DNA of 64,000 nucleotides from Entomortierella parvispora E1425 (taxonomy: Eukaryota > Fungi > Mortierellomycota). Location of the stretch: assembly GCA_020891255.1 (NCBI GenBank), contig BQFW01000005.1:868001-932000 (forward strand). Reading direction: 5' to 3'. Positions within the stretch are counted from its first letter, which is position 1. Each line of letters starts with the position of its first letter. The notes under the pieces are model-generated. The model was not told where the DNA came from. It saw nothing but the letters and a program-made list of their open reading frames with translations, and did not search any database. The position numbers were made by a program, and so were the translations under genes. Below, piece after piece: positions 1 to 13,264 of the stretch.

Positions 1-795
1 TCCGTCTCGACGTCCTCGTCTTCGTTGCAGTTCTCGTCCCAGTTCGGGTCCTCTGCTTCGGGTTCTTCTGCCTCTGGCTCTTCGACGCCGTCGTCCAACA
101 CAAACAAGCCAACGACCCTGTCCAATTTCATGGCCAACCATCAAATGAACCGCAAACAAACGGCGATCCGGAACTTTGCCTGCTCTTTCCCTGGCTGTCC
201 CAAGGCCTATACGCAACTGCACAATCTGAAATCGCACGAGCGAACAGGACATACACCCGTGACGAAACCAAAACCGTTCCTGTGTATCATCCCTGGCTGT
301 CCCAAGGCCTTCTCGCAAAGAAAATCGTTGGCGATTCATATCAAGGCAAACCACAAGGAGTATCGATATAAGCCCTTCAAGTGCGGACAGGCTGGTTGTC
401 CAAAAGCGTATACTCAGCTGCACAATTTGAGGACACATGAAAAGACGGTGCATTCTTTGGATCTGTCCAGAAAACGGATCCGTATCCCAACCCCACCCCG
501 AACAGGTGGTGGCAGCAGTGGTGGAAGAGCGATGGGAGGCCACCCATATCAGCCCCAGGATCCAACATCGGGAGGAGGTGGAGGAGGAGGAGGAGGAATG
601 GACTATGTGTCCAGAGGTCTTTCTCAGTCACAGCGCGATATGGGACTGAGCTATGGTCACGAAGCTAATGATGATGACGATGAGGAGGAGGAGGAAGCCG
701 AGGGAGAGGACGGAGAGGAAGACAACGATGATCCAGCAGATGGTAACTGGAGAAATGACGATGGCGGTGGTGGACAATATGGCGGTCCAAGATAG
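1..795 (+). CDS. C2H2 zinc-finger transcription factor, 5'-truncated by the window edge
   Basis: Three Cx4C-x12-Hx4H fingers (CSFPGCPKAYTQLHNLKSHERTGH; CIIPGCPKAFSQRKSLAIHIKANH; CGQAGCPKAYTQLHNLRTHEKTVH), then Gly-rich and acidic tail; TAG at 793-795; no true ATG seen upstream within the window. Confidence 0.9.
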   Translation, partial: SVSTSSSSLQFSSQFGSSASGSSASGSSTPSSNTNKPTTLSNFMANHQMNRKQTAIRNFACSFPGCPKAYTQLHNLKSHERTGHTPVTKPKPFLCIIPGCPKAFSQRKSLAIHIKANHKEYRYKPFKCGQAGCPKAYTQLHNLRTHEKTVHSLDLSRKRIRIPTPPRTGGGSSGGRAMGGHPYQPQDPTSGGGGGGGGGMDYVSRGLSQSQRDMGLSYGHEANDDDDEEEEEAEGEDGEEDNDDPADGNWRNDDGGGGQYGGPR

Positions 796-1049
796 ACTGA
801 AGGCGAACGATGATGGGCATGGTCATGACGAATGTTGGCCATCCCTTGTATTTTTATTAAACCCAGCGTCGCTGAAGAAGGAGTCCACATCCGCTATATT
901 TCTACCACTCTACTCATTGATATTGACGTTGATTTATTTCGAGAACAAAGAGTCCAAATTGAAGACATCTCTAGACTGGGAGAGAAGGGCGGGACATGGT
1001 CTCGTGCTCAAAAGAACAAAGACGCTGCAGATCAACGTTTTTTTTTTCC

Positions 1050-4000
1050 TCAATTGTCTTGATCACGTCTGTAAAACAGTACCGGCCCTCGGCAGCTCAA
1101 GCATCGAACACTTTCCCATTTCATGAACGTTCTTTCCCTTTGCATACGACCCAACTCGGCCACAGTGGGGATGTAGGCACACTTTTCCACATTGGCGCAA
1201 TGAGCCATCGATTTCCTGAATCCGAGTCCACAAGCGTTGCACAGGAGCGAGGTTGCGTTAAACCCGTATCGCCACAGTCTTGTCTCCATGTGATCACACG
1301 ATCCACACGCTCTGTCCGTAGTTTCAACATTGGCGGAGACAGTGGCTTCATCGCTCCGTTTCGGGACTGCTTGGCGATAAAGTGATCCTGGAGATCCTGG
1401 ACTGAAGGCATTTGCTCTTGTGGTGGTGATGTAGGTAACCCTTGTTGGCGGGGCGGAGGATGAGGACGAAGCTTGGGTGGCGAGAGTACCTAGCGCTTCC
1501 GCTGCGTCCTGTTCTGCTTCAGTGTGTGGTCGATCATGGCGGATTGGTAGCGTTGGACCGACGGAAAAGCCAGAAGTGAGAACTAACTTCTTATTCCTGT
1601 CAGGAGCCTTCATCAGGGAGAAGGGGACAGAAGTAGAAGGGATAGAGGTAGAGATGGGCAGATCGATTTCATCCGAGATTACCTTCAACTTACTCCCGTC
1701 ATTGGGCGAACGAGATACAGATGTCACCGTGGTGGTTATGGAGGTGGTAGTTGTGGTAACGTAGACCTGCGATCTGTCAGTATTTGGCTTCGCCGTCTGC
1801 TTCTTACCATGAGCAAGAATCGGGGAAGCGGAGGAGGTTGAGGCAGAAACCGCAGAAGGTGTATCCACCTTCGAGGCTTTCTGGTTGTTGTTGTTGTTGT
1901 TGTTGTTCTTGTTGTTGTTGTGCTGGGCTTTGACACGGTGAGAGAGCAAAGTTGAACCGGGGGAGGCAGAGGTGATGGCCGATTGTCCGTGGACAACTGA
2001 AGAAATCACTTCCCCATACAACTTTGAGGATGAAGTCGTCGCTTGAGATGAGGAGGAAGATACAGAGTCCTTCACACCATCAGTCACAAGAGGTACCTTC
2101 TTATTCTTGCCATCGTTATGGGCATTAGAACCACGGCCACCACCGCCATCGTCTTCAGGCGGCGGATCCATCAAGTTGTCTTGGGTCCTGACATACCAAC
2201 CCCCGTTGGGCTTGATCTTGAAATAGACCATAAAAGGGTCCGCCCGAGATTCAGGTGCAGATCCTTCTTTCAGTGTGCCTGCCATCCTAGGACTTGAGAC
2301 TGACTTGGTGGCCCTTGTACTCACCTGCTTTTCCACTACTCTCTTTGCAATTGACTTTGTCGAGGACATGACAATAGAATTTCTGCGTGGAAGCATCTTC
2401 TGTGATGGCTTGACATCACTCTTTGTGCCCTGTCCTTGTCTGGCAGTGGCCGCTTGTGGCCCAGTGCCCGATCCTGCTCCGTTGTCCAAGCCAATCTCAT
2501 CCTCAGAGATCAAAGACCCTTCTTTGTTCACAAGCTCATACCCATTCAGAATGAAGTCCAAGGAGAATTTGTGCCCATTGCCCTGTTTCGCTAGAGTCCC
2601 CATAGAAACCCCATCCACAGGGTGCGCATCCAGGAAAGAACCCACGAGAGGATAATCATCATTTTCGCCATTGCGCAAAGGGCCTGAACTCAAGCGACTC
2701 GATCGGCGGGACATGTAAGGGTAATCTGCATCAGCACTGTATTCAGAAGAAGCAGTGGCATGCATCGAATCGTTTCTCACTCGCACTCGCTTGTTGGAAT
2801 GATTCTTGATATGGTTTACCTGTTGTCCGCTCTCCCAATCCTCCTTCATCCAAACTCGTTCCTTTGAGGCATGCTGGATCTCGGGAAGCAATAACGGGTA
2901 CTCGAGGACATTGACACCGCCACCAGGTACCACAAGAGGGAGGCCCGAAGGAGGCACAACTTGGACAACGCCGCTGCCTGCAAAGTACTGTCGCGCGATC
3001 TGTAGACGTTGAGAGGCCAACGAAGGCGGTTGCCCAAGACAATACCCGTCTATCGCTTTCGAAACATAAGTGGACAGAATGCCAGAATCTATCGCTCTGG
3101 CCAGCAGGTGTGATCTAGGAGAGCACGCTTCGCTCCCAATGCTACGATTGGTGAATGGATGCTTGTCAGTACAGAAACGAAAAGAAAAAAAAGAAAAAAA
3201 AAAAAAAAAAAAGGCACTATGAAGGATTTTCTTACCCAGAGTCACATGGCTTTTCAGGGGAGCACAGCCTGGCTTTCATCACATCCCGGCTTGATTCTTC
3301 GAGGGCAGTTGCAGTGAATGTATCCTCCTCGTTTAGCTCTGCGATAGTAGGGAGCTTTCGTCGATTAGAGAAAGTACCAAAGGGCATTGTCAAACGAATT
3401 CCAGGCGAAAGATCGTGAAGCTCTGGGGCATCAAGAGCTCTCTGTGCAGAGGAACGACTCTTGCGCTTGTTTCGTTTTTGAGATGAGGTTGAGAGCGGCG
3501 TGTCCATGCCCTGGTAAACCTGACCAAAGGCGTCGTCATACCTCGGGACGCGTTTGCGGGGGCGAAGATTCAAATCCAAAGAATTTGAGAAATGGTAGTG
3601 AGGTCTTCCATCGCGCCCAGTCTCCCAAGAGCTAGACGACCCAACATCTCCGTCGTAAGAAAACTCCGAGGGCGGACCTGATTCAGTGTCAAAAGAGTCG
3701 TGATCGCTGTACGATTGCTCGTCTATCGGATGCTCTTCAGGAGAGGAGCTTGAAAAGTCGCTGGGATTTCCTTGCCAAAGTGTAGAGCAAGACGGGCGAT
3801 CTGACAGCGTGGCAGAGAGCTCAGGGGCATGGGTGGAATCCAGTGTGGTCTCAGGATGGGAAATTCCCTCTTCAACATTCGACGAGGACGTTGTAGCTTT
3901 GGAGGGGTTCAGGGAGAAAGACGAATACCAGGTGGTCTTCCTGGTCGCTTCTACAGGCATACGGCGCGCGGTGTCGTCCAAAGTACTGACGCGTCCATGA

Positions 4001-4395
4001 TGCGAGGAACTCGAGACCAATTGCTCAGAAGAAGAGCGGAAAGATCTGACCTGGGTCCTTGAACTGCCTGCATGGTCAGTCTTAGATTGAGTGCCAAGGT
4101 GTTGATGAGCCCAAGGGCTAGATGGTCCAAGTGCCATTGACGGGGCATGGTGAGGTGTCGGTGAGCCAGGAGGCACACACTTGTTGAGGCGGGTGAGGGA
4201 AGTTTGGCGCATGGTATCTTTAGTCAAACTGCTGGAGGCCAAGATGTTCAGCGCGGCATGTGCAGAGTCGGGGTGGAGAACTCCTTTGTCGACAAACATT
4301 AGAATCTCATTAGCTGTAAGACCACTGTTACCACTGGTAACTAGGCTTTCAACCTTGTCGAAGGGAATGCGGATCGGTGGTGTCGATGGTGTCAT
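1050..4395 (-). CDS. Large (about 1080 aa) GATA zinc-finger transcription factor, two exons (4395-3236, 3141-1050), Ash1-like C-terminal finger
   Basis: ORFs 3232..4395 and 1050..3245 join in frame across a 94-nt GTAAG...TAG intron (3235-3142; TCT GG|C ATT) with a CTGAC branch site. C-terminal CGSC-x18-CNAC GATA finger followed by a second Cys cluster (C-x5-C...CLSC). Confidence 0.8.
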
Positions 4396-5227
4396 CGGTC
4401 AAAAGCTGGAAAAAAATGGATCTGTATTACCCCAGTAACAATGTAGCGACCAGTTTTTAGTCAGCCGTCATTACAATGGACATGACTTTGGAAAGATAGG
4501 TCATTGCAAAAAAAAAGATATAAAGGGCCGTTAGATATGTCGCCTACCTTGCAAGACACGATAACTTTAGCGCAACAGCGCCTGTACTATATGCGTCGGG
4601 GAGGTAATAGTAAGCAATCTAGGTTTTTGGTAGCTTCACTGGGTGATACCAAAAGAGATACCGAGGAAAAGAAGGAGGGTGGGAGTGAGATTTTGATGGC
4701 GGAAGGGAAGTGCGAAGGAACGAGGGATGAGAGGGAGGGAGAGAAGAAGGAAGAGCAAAAGCTGAGGATACCCTCCCATCTTATATGATTGCGTCTATGT
4801 GGACACTTTTCCTTTGGTAGATGAAGGCTTGTCTTTATTTTGTCTCCACAGCCCTAGTTTTCAACCCACCCATATCCCAAACGACCGCAGGTAGATTGCG
4901 GTAATAAACGACGCGTCAGAGAGTTCAAAGGCGACAAACCTTGATCTCATATCTATCCTTAGGATAAGGGGCGGGCTCCAGATACTCCATAACAATTGAA
5001 CGATCGGGAAGAACGATTCGCCGCGTCAGCAACACGTTCCTTTTTTTTCTTTTTTTTTTTTTGGTTCAGCGCACGGGGCTTTGATTTGTCAGATTCGAAT
5101 GGGAAGCTCGACGACAAAGACAAAAAGGCGTTCTTTCTCTCTCACGCCTCTCTTTTTCTTTCAATTCACAATCTGCGATCTGTCTCTCTAACAACTTTCA
5201 CTTCAGCCACTCTTCACTATTCTCATC

Positions 5228-6742
5228 ATGACCGCAAACACCCCTCGCGTTATCCTCGGGTAAAGCCGTCAGAACCCTCTATGTTTTTACTCTTGCACGA
5301 TTGTGCATGCTGCTGACAGCACGTTCCCCATTCTAGAACGATGACTTTTGGACTTGAGAATACAACAGGCGAAATGACTGTTATCCGAGTCCGCGGAGCT
5401 GAAAACGTCAAACCCTTTCTTGACACCTTTGCAGCCTATGGACACGTAGAGATTGACACCGCCCGCATTTACGGTCGAGGCGACACGGAGGTGGTATGGA
5501 TTTTCCTGGGCCGCTCTTGATGTCCTTGACCAGAGAATCCTCCTTTCCATTTTCTAACCAATCGATGTCCCCGATCCTCCCAAAAACACAACAAATAGCT
5601 TCTTAGTCAACTGCCCAACGCACATTTCAAGATTGCTACAAAGGCGTATCCATTTGAAAATGGCTCATTCAATTCTGTAAACTTGCAAAAGCAATTCCGC
5701 GAATCGCTCGCAGCTCTCAAGCTTCCCAAGGTGGATTTGTTTTACCTCCATGCACCCGAGTACGAGACACCCCTTGAAGTGACGCTCAAGGCTGTGAATG
5801 ACCTGTACAAAGAAGGTCTCTTTGAAAGGGTAAACCAACAACCTAGCAAATTCGTCAACGGCGACAGATCGTCATTTCCTGCCAATGACCAATTGACCCT
5901 GCGCTGAAACCATGTTCTCATCCAATAGTTTGGACTGTCCAACTATCCATCTTGGCAAGTCAGCCTCATCCACGGGATTTGCAAGCAGAACAACTATGTT
6001 CTCCCTACCGTTTACCAAGGAATCGTAAGTGAGCCTGCCTCTCTTCCTTTCCTGTCCCTTTCTCGCCCAAGGTCTTTCGTCACACACACACAAAAATGAC
6101 GGAGCAACAAGCAGCACTGGTAATTGACTTGTCCTCATCCTGACCTCTCGAATAGTACAATCCGATCACACGCGCCGTGGTACCAGAGCTCTTGCAGTGT
6201 TTGAAGTATCTGAACATTGGATTCTATGCCTATAACCCCGTTGCTGGCGGCCTCCTCTCTGGAAAGTACAAGTTTGACCAAGAAGTAGCTGCTGGCTCTC
6301 GCTATGACCCCAAGACAGGATTTGGATCCGCGTAAGTTACCGAGTTACTTGTTTCGTTCTTCTTCCCTTCGTTTACTCATGATGCCATATGAAAATCATT
6401 TTCATTTTCAACTCCCTTTATAGCTTCCGAAGCCAATACTGGAACACCTTGACGTTTGATAGTGTCCAGATCTTGGTCAAGGCCGCAGAGGCCAACAATA
6501 TCCCATTGCTGCAGGCGACGCTCCGATGGATGAAACACCATTCAGGACTGGAGGCCAAGGACGGAATCATTCTCGGCGTCTCTCAATTGCAACATCTGAA
6601 GGAGAATCTGGAGGATCTCGCGAACGGAGGACCCTTGCCTCAGAGTATGCTGGACGCATTTGATGAAGCTTGGGAGAAGATCAAGCCTACCAGTCAGGCC
6701 TATTTCCGAACTGCCGCTACTCGCTTCCAAATCAAGAAGTGA
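5228..6742 (+). CDS. Aldo-keto reductase, aflatoxin B1 aldehyde reductase (AKR7)-like, multi-exon
   Basis: ATG 5228 MTANTPRVILG|TMTFG; exons encode EIDTARIYG, KVDLFYLHAP, FGLSNY, YQGIYNPITR, YAYNPVAGGLLSGKY, IILGVSQLQHLKENL; canonical GT-AG introns. Confidence 0.9.
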
Positions 6743-7274
6743 AGAAGGATAACTTGTCGACCTTGTCCCCCCCCCTTTTTTTTTCATCCCCTGCTTTCTT
6801 GGCCCTCTGAGATTGATCTGGAAATAAAAAGGATCTCTTTTCTTTAAGCCTCCTCTTTGACTGGAAGGATTGTGAGTCTTGCTCGCAATAAATTGCTTGG
6901 GTCTAAATGAATCAAAGAACTCAAAGAGCTCAGAAAAGAGCGACACCTCACGCGGCAATCTGTCGAGTTTCATCCCTGGTAGGGGTTTGTGCCTAGAATA
7001 AACTACTCGGGATGTTTTATTTTTAATCAAATAAATTTGCAAGTCACTATTCCGAGGTCACGTGCAGATCTACATCTTTTTTCGATTGATCGATTTGATA
7101 TGAGTGGGATCATATGCAATCTCCTTTGGATGATTTTCCTGTCTCGTTCGTTCCCTCGGCCCCTTCTTTCCTTTTTCATTTCTTCTACCCCTCTCTTTCC
7201 TTCTTTCGTTCCTTCCTTTCCTCCCCCTCTTTTCTCCCTCAATCCTCCAAGACACCATCAATATCAGAACAAGG

Positions 7275-9583
7275 ATGCTCTCGCTTCATCGACATCAGAC
7301 GACGAGGCTCGTCTCCGGGATCCAGCTCGGACTTGTCTCAAGACGCATGCTCGCCTCCATCGCAGCTTCTCAACCCCAGAACATGATCGAAAAGATTGCA
7401 CAGCGCTACGCCGTCGACCTTGCTCCCGGACAAACTATTCGCAGTGGCGACTTTGTCACGATTAGGCCAGAGCATGTGCTCACTCACGACAACACTGGTG
7501 CTGTGATCTCCAAGTAAGGCGGTATAAAAGATCCTGGGGGTCTCGTCAACTAAAGTCCGAGAGAACAGAGAATGTTATAGGCTAACTTCTCGATTATCTC
7601 TATTGTAGGTTCAAGAGTATCGGTGCAGCTCAGTTCAAGAACCCAAGGCAGCCTGTCTTTGCGTTGGATCACGATGTTCAGAACAAGACCGAGAAGAACC
7701 TTCAGAAATACGCCAATATCGAGGCCTTTGCAGGAGAGAACAAGGTCGACTTTTATCCTGCAGGACGAGGTATCGGTCATCAAGTCATGGTCGAGGAAGG
7801 ATATGCGTTCCCAGGGACTCTGACTGTCGCCTCAGATTCACATTCCAACATGTATGGAGGCATCGGAGCATTGGGAACGCCTATTGTCCGAACAGATGCA
7901 GCAGCGATTTGGGCTACTGGTCAAACTTGGTGGCAAGTCCCTCCCGTAGTCAAGGTGGAGTTGCTCAACAAGCTGGCCCCTGGCGTCACAGGCAAGGACG
8001 TGATTATTACACTCTGCGCCGCTTTCAACAAGGATCAGGTCCTCAATACCGCCATCGAGTTTACAGGAGAGGGCGTCAAGTCCCTGGGGGTGGAGGATCG
8101 ATTGGCCATCGCCAACATGACAACAGAATGGGGCGCCCTCGCCGGTGTTTTCCCTATCGATGAGGTAACGCAAGACTACTACAAGAAGCGCATCCAGGTC
8201 CTGGACAGAACTAGGTTCACAAACAAGAATCTGGCCAAGGTTCCTGCTGGGCAGGTCTTTGTGCATCCTCGTGTGAACGAGGCTCGTGTTGGAAAGTTTT
8301 TGGAGGATAACTGTGCCCCAGATGCAGGGGCTGTGTACAGCAAGCACTTGACTCTGGATCTTTCCACTGTCTCCCCTTTCATCTCTGGGCCCAACTCTGT
8401 CAAGGTCGCCCAGTCGGTTCAAGATCTGGAAGGCGTCAAGATCAATAAGGCCTATCTTGTCTCTTGCGTGAACTCTCGAGCAAGCGATCTCCGTCAAGCG
8501 GCTGATGTGGTCCGCGGCAAGAAGATTGCAGACGGTGTCGAGTTTTATGTTGCTGCAGCCAGTAGCGAGGTCCAAGCTGATGTTGAGAGCACTGGTGACT
8601 GGAAGGCATTGATGGATGCTGGTGCGATTGCCTTGCCAGCTGGTTGTGGTCCTTGTGTTGGTAGGTAGAGAGGTGCATCTGTTCTTCTTTTTTTTTCTTT
8701 TTGTTTATTTTGAGGATCTTTGATACATGTTTGCTGAAACATATTTGCAATTCTAGGCCTTGGCACTGGATTGTTGCAAGATGGCGAGATTGGAATTTCG
8801 GCCACCAACAGAAACTTCAAGGGTCGCATGGGCTCGCCTAAGGCACTTGCTTACCTGGCTTCTCCCGCCGTTGTTGCTGCCTCCGCTATTGCTGGACAGA
8901 TTGTGTCCCCAACAGCCAACAGTGGTGCTGTCCCTGTTCCAGCTATCAGCCTCGTTGACTTGGCAGCATCGCAAGGATCGAGCAAGTCCGAAGAAGCTGA
9001 AGCAAAGACAGCAGAAGAGACCATTGCCAACTTTCCAGCACAGATGTCAGGCGAGCTCTTGTTCTGCCATGCTGATAACTTGAACACAGATGGAATCTAC
9101 CCTGGCAAATACACATACCAAGACGATATTGGACCCGAGACGATGCGAAAGGTCGTCATGGAGAACTACGATACCCAATTTGCCAGCATCGTCAAGCCTA
9201 GCGATATCCTGATCGGCGGCTTTAATTTTGGTACTGGATCAAGTCGTGAACAGGCTGCAACGGCTTTGCTGTCTGCTGGAGTAAAGTTGTTGATTGCAGG
9301 ATCGTTCTCCGAGACGTTCAAGCGCAACTCAATCAACAACGGGTTGTTGTTGATGGAGAGTCCAGAGTTGGTGAGGGACCTGGTGAAGGAGAGAGGTACC
9401 ACCAGATTGACAGACCGGACAGGTTGGAAGGCCACAGTGTCTCTTGCCAGCGGTAAAGTCCAAGTGAGCAGGGTTGGGATGGAGGACAAGATCTACCGTG
9501 TTGGTGGTCTCGGAAGGAGTATTCAAGAACTCTGGGTTGCAGGCGGTCTGGAGGGGTGGGTCAAGGAGCGCATCCGACAATAG
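7275..9583 (+). CDS. LYS4: Homoaconitase (homoaconitate hydratase), mitochondrial, lysine biosynthesis
   Basis: Presequence-like N-terminus, [30 protein letters not shown]|[26 protein letters not shown] aconitase-family motifs; exons 7275-7513, about 7609-8661, about 8757-9583. Confidence 0.95.
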
Positions 9584-9947
9584 AAACTAATACGCATCTG
9601 CTGAATAATGTCTACTAAAAGAAAGAAAAAAAGTCCTTGCCCTCGCCTGCATGCTTCCTCATTGCCCCGAGCGCCAGTGCTGTCGCACAGCAGGTGAACA
9701 GACTCCGTGATCTATCCGATCTCGCGATCCGTCCCTGAAAATGGCGCCAGAAGCGAATGTGACTGCCGCCGAATTGAAGAATGGAGACTGAGAGAGTACC
9801 GATTACTCATCCTGCGACAGATCACATAAAAACTGTGCATTCCATCTCCACCCTCCAGCAATCAGGCAATCAATTAAACATAATATAGCTACCCTTCATC
9901 CCACTCTCTCTCACCACACCTCACAACTAATCGCTCCATTAAAAACC

Positions 9948-10292
9948 ATGGCCTCCCAAGTCACCGCCTCCGTCAGGAACTTGATTCGCACTTCCATCGC
10001 GTCGAATCCCGTCATGATCTTTTCAAAGTCCTACTGCCCCTACTGCCTCCGAGTCAAGGATTTGTTTGACGACTTGTCCGTCCCCTACAAGGCCCTGGAA
10101 CTGGATGAGCATGAGGATGGTGAGGAGATCCAGAACACTTTGAAGCAGATCTCGGGTCAGAACACAGTGCCCAATGTCTTCATCAAAGGAACGCATCTCG
10201 GTGGATCGGACGATACACAGACCGCAAGTCAGTCGGGCAGGTTGCAAGAACTTTTGAACAAGGACGTTTGGGCCAAGCAGCCGGATCTTTAA
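9948..10292 (+). CDS. Dithiol glutaredoxin
   Basis: 114-aa single-exon ORF with FSKSYCPYC active site, TVPNVFI and GGSDD motifs. Confidence 0.95.
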   Translation: MASQVTASVRNLIRTSIASNPVMIFSKSYCPYCLRVKDLFDDLSVPYKALELDEHEDGEEIQNTLKQISGQNTVPNVFIKGTHLGGSDDTQTASQSGRLQELLNKDVWAKQPDL

Positions 10293-10894
10293 TGGGTTGG
10301 TTGCTCTTGCTGCGCTTGTAGACGGAGTGAACGGTGCATGAAAATAAAATAGACTCTACCATTTAGAATATACCTGCCCTTGCGGTGCTTTCTTTTTGTG
10401 TGGGGAAGGGAGAAAGAAGCAATTGAAGCGGGATGGGGGGATAAAAGGAGGGAGGGATTGAGGGATCGAAGGACAGCAAGGCGAGCGAGAGAAGGAGAGA
10501 GAACAAAAGAGAGACGAACAGAGCACGCCAGCCCGAACCACCCGGTCCTACGCTTTTCTTTCGTCTCGGATCGTCTAAAAGGGGAGGACGGGGAAGAATG
10601 TTTTGTGTTTTTAGCTCATGGCCAACGGCAACAGAAAGAGCAGCCGTGGTCCAGTCATTGAAGAAGCACAAACACGCACAAAGTGCTATTCTCGGACCCC
10701 CAACCATAGTTTTGTGCGAAATGTACTTTTGAGTGGGGGAACCATGATGTTTCTTTGCCCACGGACAACAGAACAGCGCGAGCTTAATGGCATGCCCTAG
10801 TAAGCCATCAAATAGGATGACGTTGGGAGATTGATGGAAAGCAGCGAGGGAACAGGACCGAGGCAGTCACGGCCCTCTGCACTTTCGAGTCTCC

Positions 10895-10985
10895 GCTTTT
10901 AACCGCTTCTTTGAACTTCCTTTCCTTTCTTCTCTTCTCTTCTTCATCCCCAACACTCTTCCCCTCCACACACCTCATATTCAAC
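10895..10985 (+). promoter_or_regulatory. CT-rich core promoter / 5' leader of GAPDH
   Basis: Pyrimidine-rich tract directly upstream of ATG 10986, as typical of highly expressed fungal genes; function inferred from position only. Confidence 0.4.
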
Positions 10986-12586
<1,601 letters not shown>

Positions 12587-13264
12587 ATGCTCTCTCCCAT
12601 TTGCACTCGTATAAAAGGATCTTGTTGCGACAAATTTTTTTGTAAATAAAAACACTCATCTAATCTTTCACCCCAAAGAAGTCGACTGTGCATTTTGAAC
12701 CACGAGGGTCCTGCAAAAGATCTTTATCTCAAAAACTACAGGAGTTTGTTATCGGGATCAGATCGCGCGTGGTAATGTGGAGCAAGAGCAAAAGAGGGAA
12801 TATAAAGAAAAAAAGGTTCGACGTTTCCCTTGTTCCCCTGGACAAAGATAAGCCGAGATTGCGATGATGACGATGAAATGGTTTCTAGGACTGGGGGGGA
12901 ATTGTTTGATAAGAAACTGAGCCTGTGGAGATCGAAAAACAAAAACACGTCCTCCTCTCCTCTTTCTCCCTTTGTTCCCAGTGTTCTCACCCTTTTTTTT
13001 TATTCAGCGCCGCCACCCGCTATATGTACAGAACCGCGATTTTCGGAGATAACTTCTTTGAGATCAACAATAAACAAACAACAATGAAAAACAGGGAAAG
13101 CGGTGCGCGCGAGATATCAACGCTCGCTGATACCAGCCGAAGCGTCACTCCTCGCCCTATAACCTGATTTGAACAAGTGACTGACCATGTGCTCCATGGC
13201 CCACTCGTCTTAAACATCCAAAAGAAACAAGTCTCTGAGCTTCTTCTTCTTGGATTCCATAGCC

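Noticed and set aside
7838-8575. 245-aa antisense ORF within LYS4
   Set aside because: Shadow ORF of a conserved coding exon.
9738-9750. YY1-like AAAATGGCG motif (also near 39302)
   Set aside because: Two occurrences of a 9-mer in 64 kb, no consistent position, no known factor to assign.
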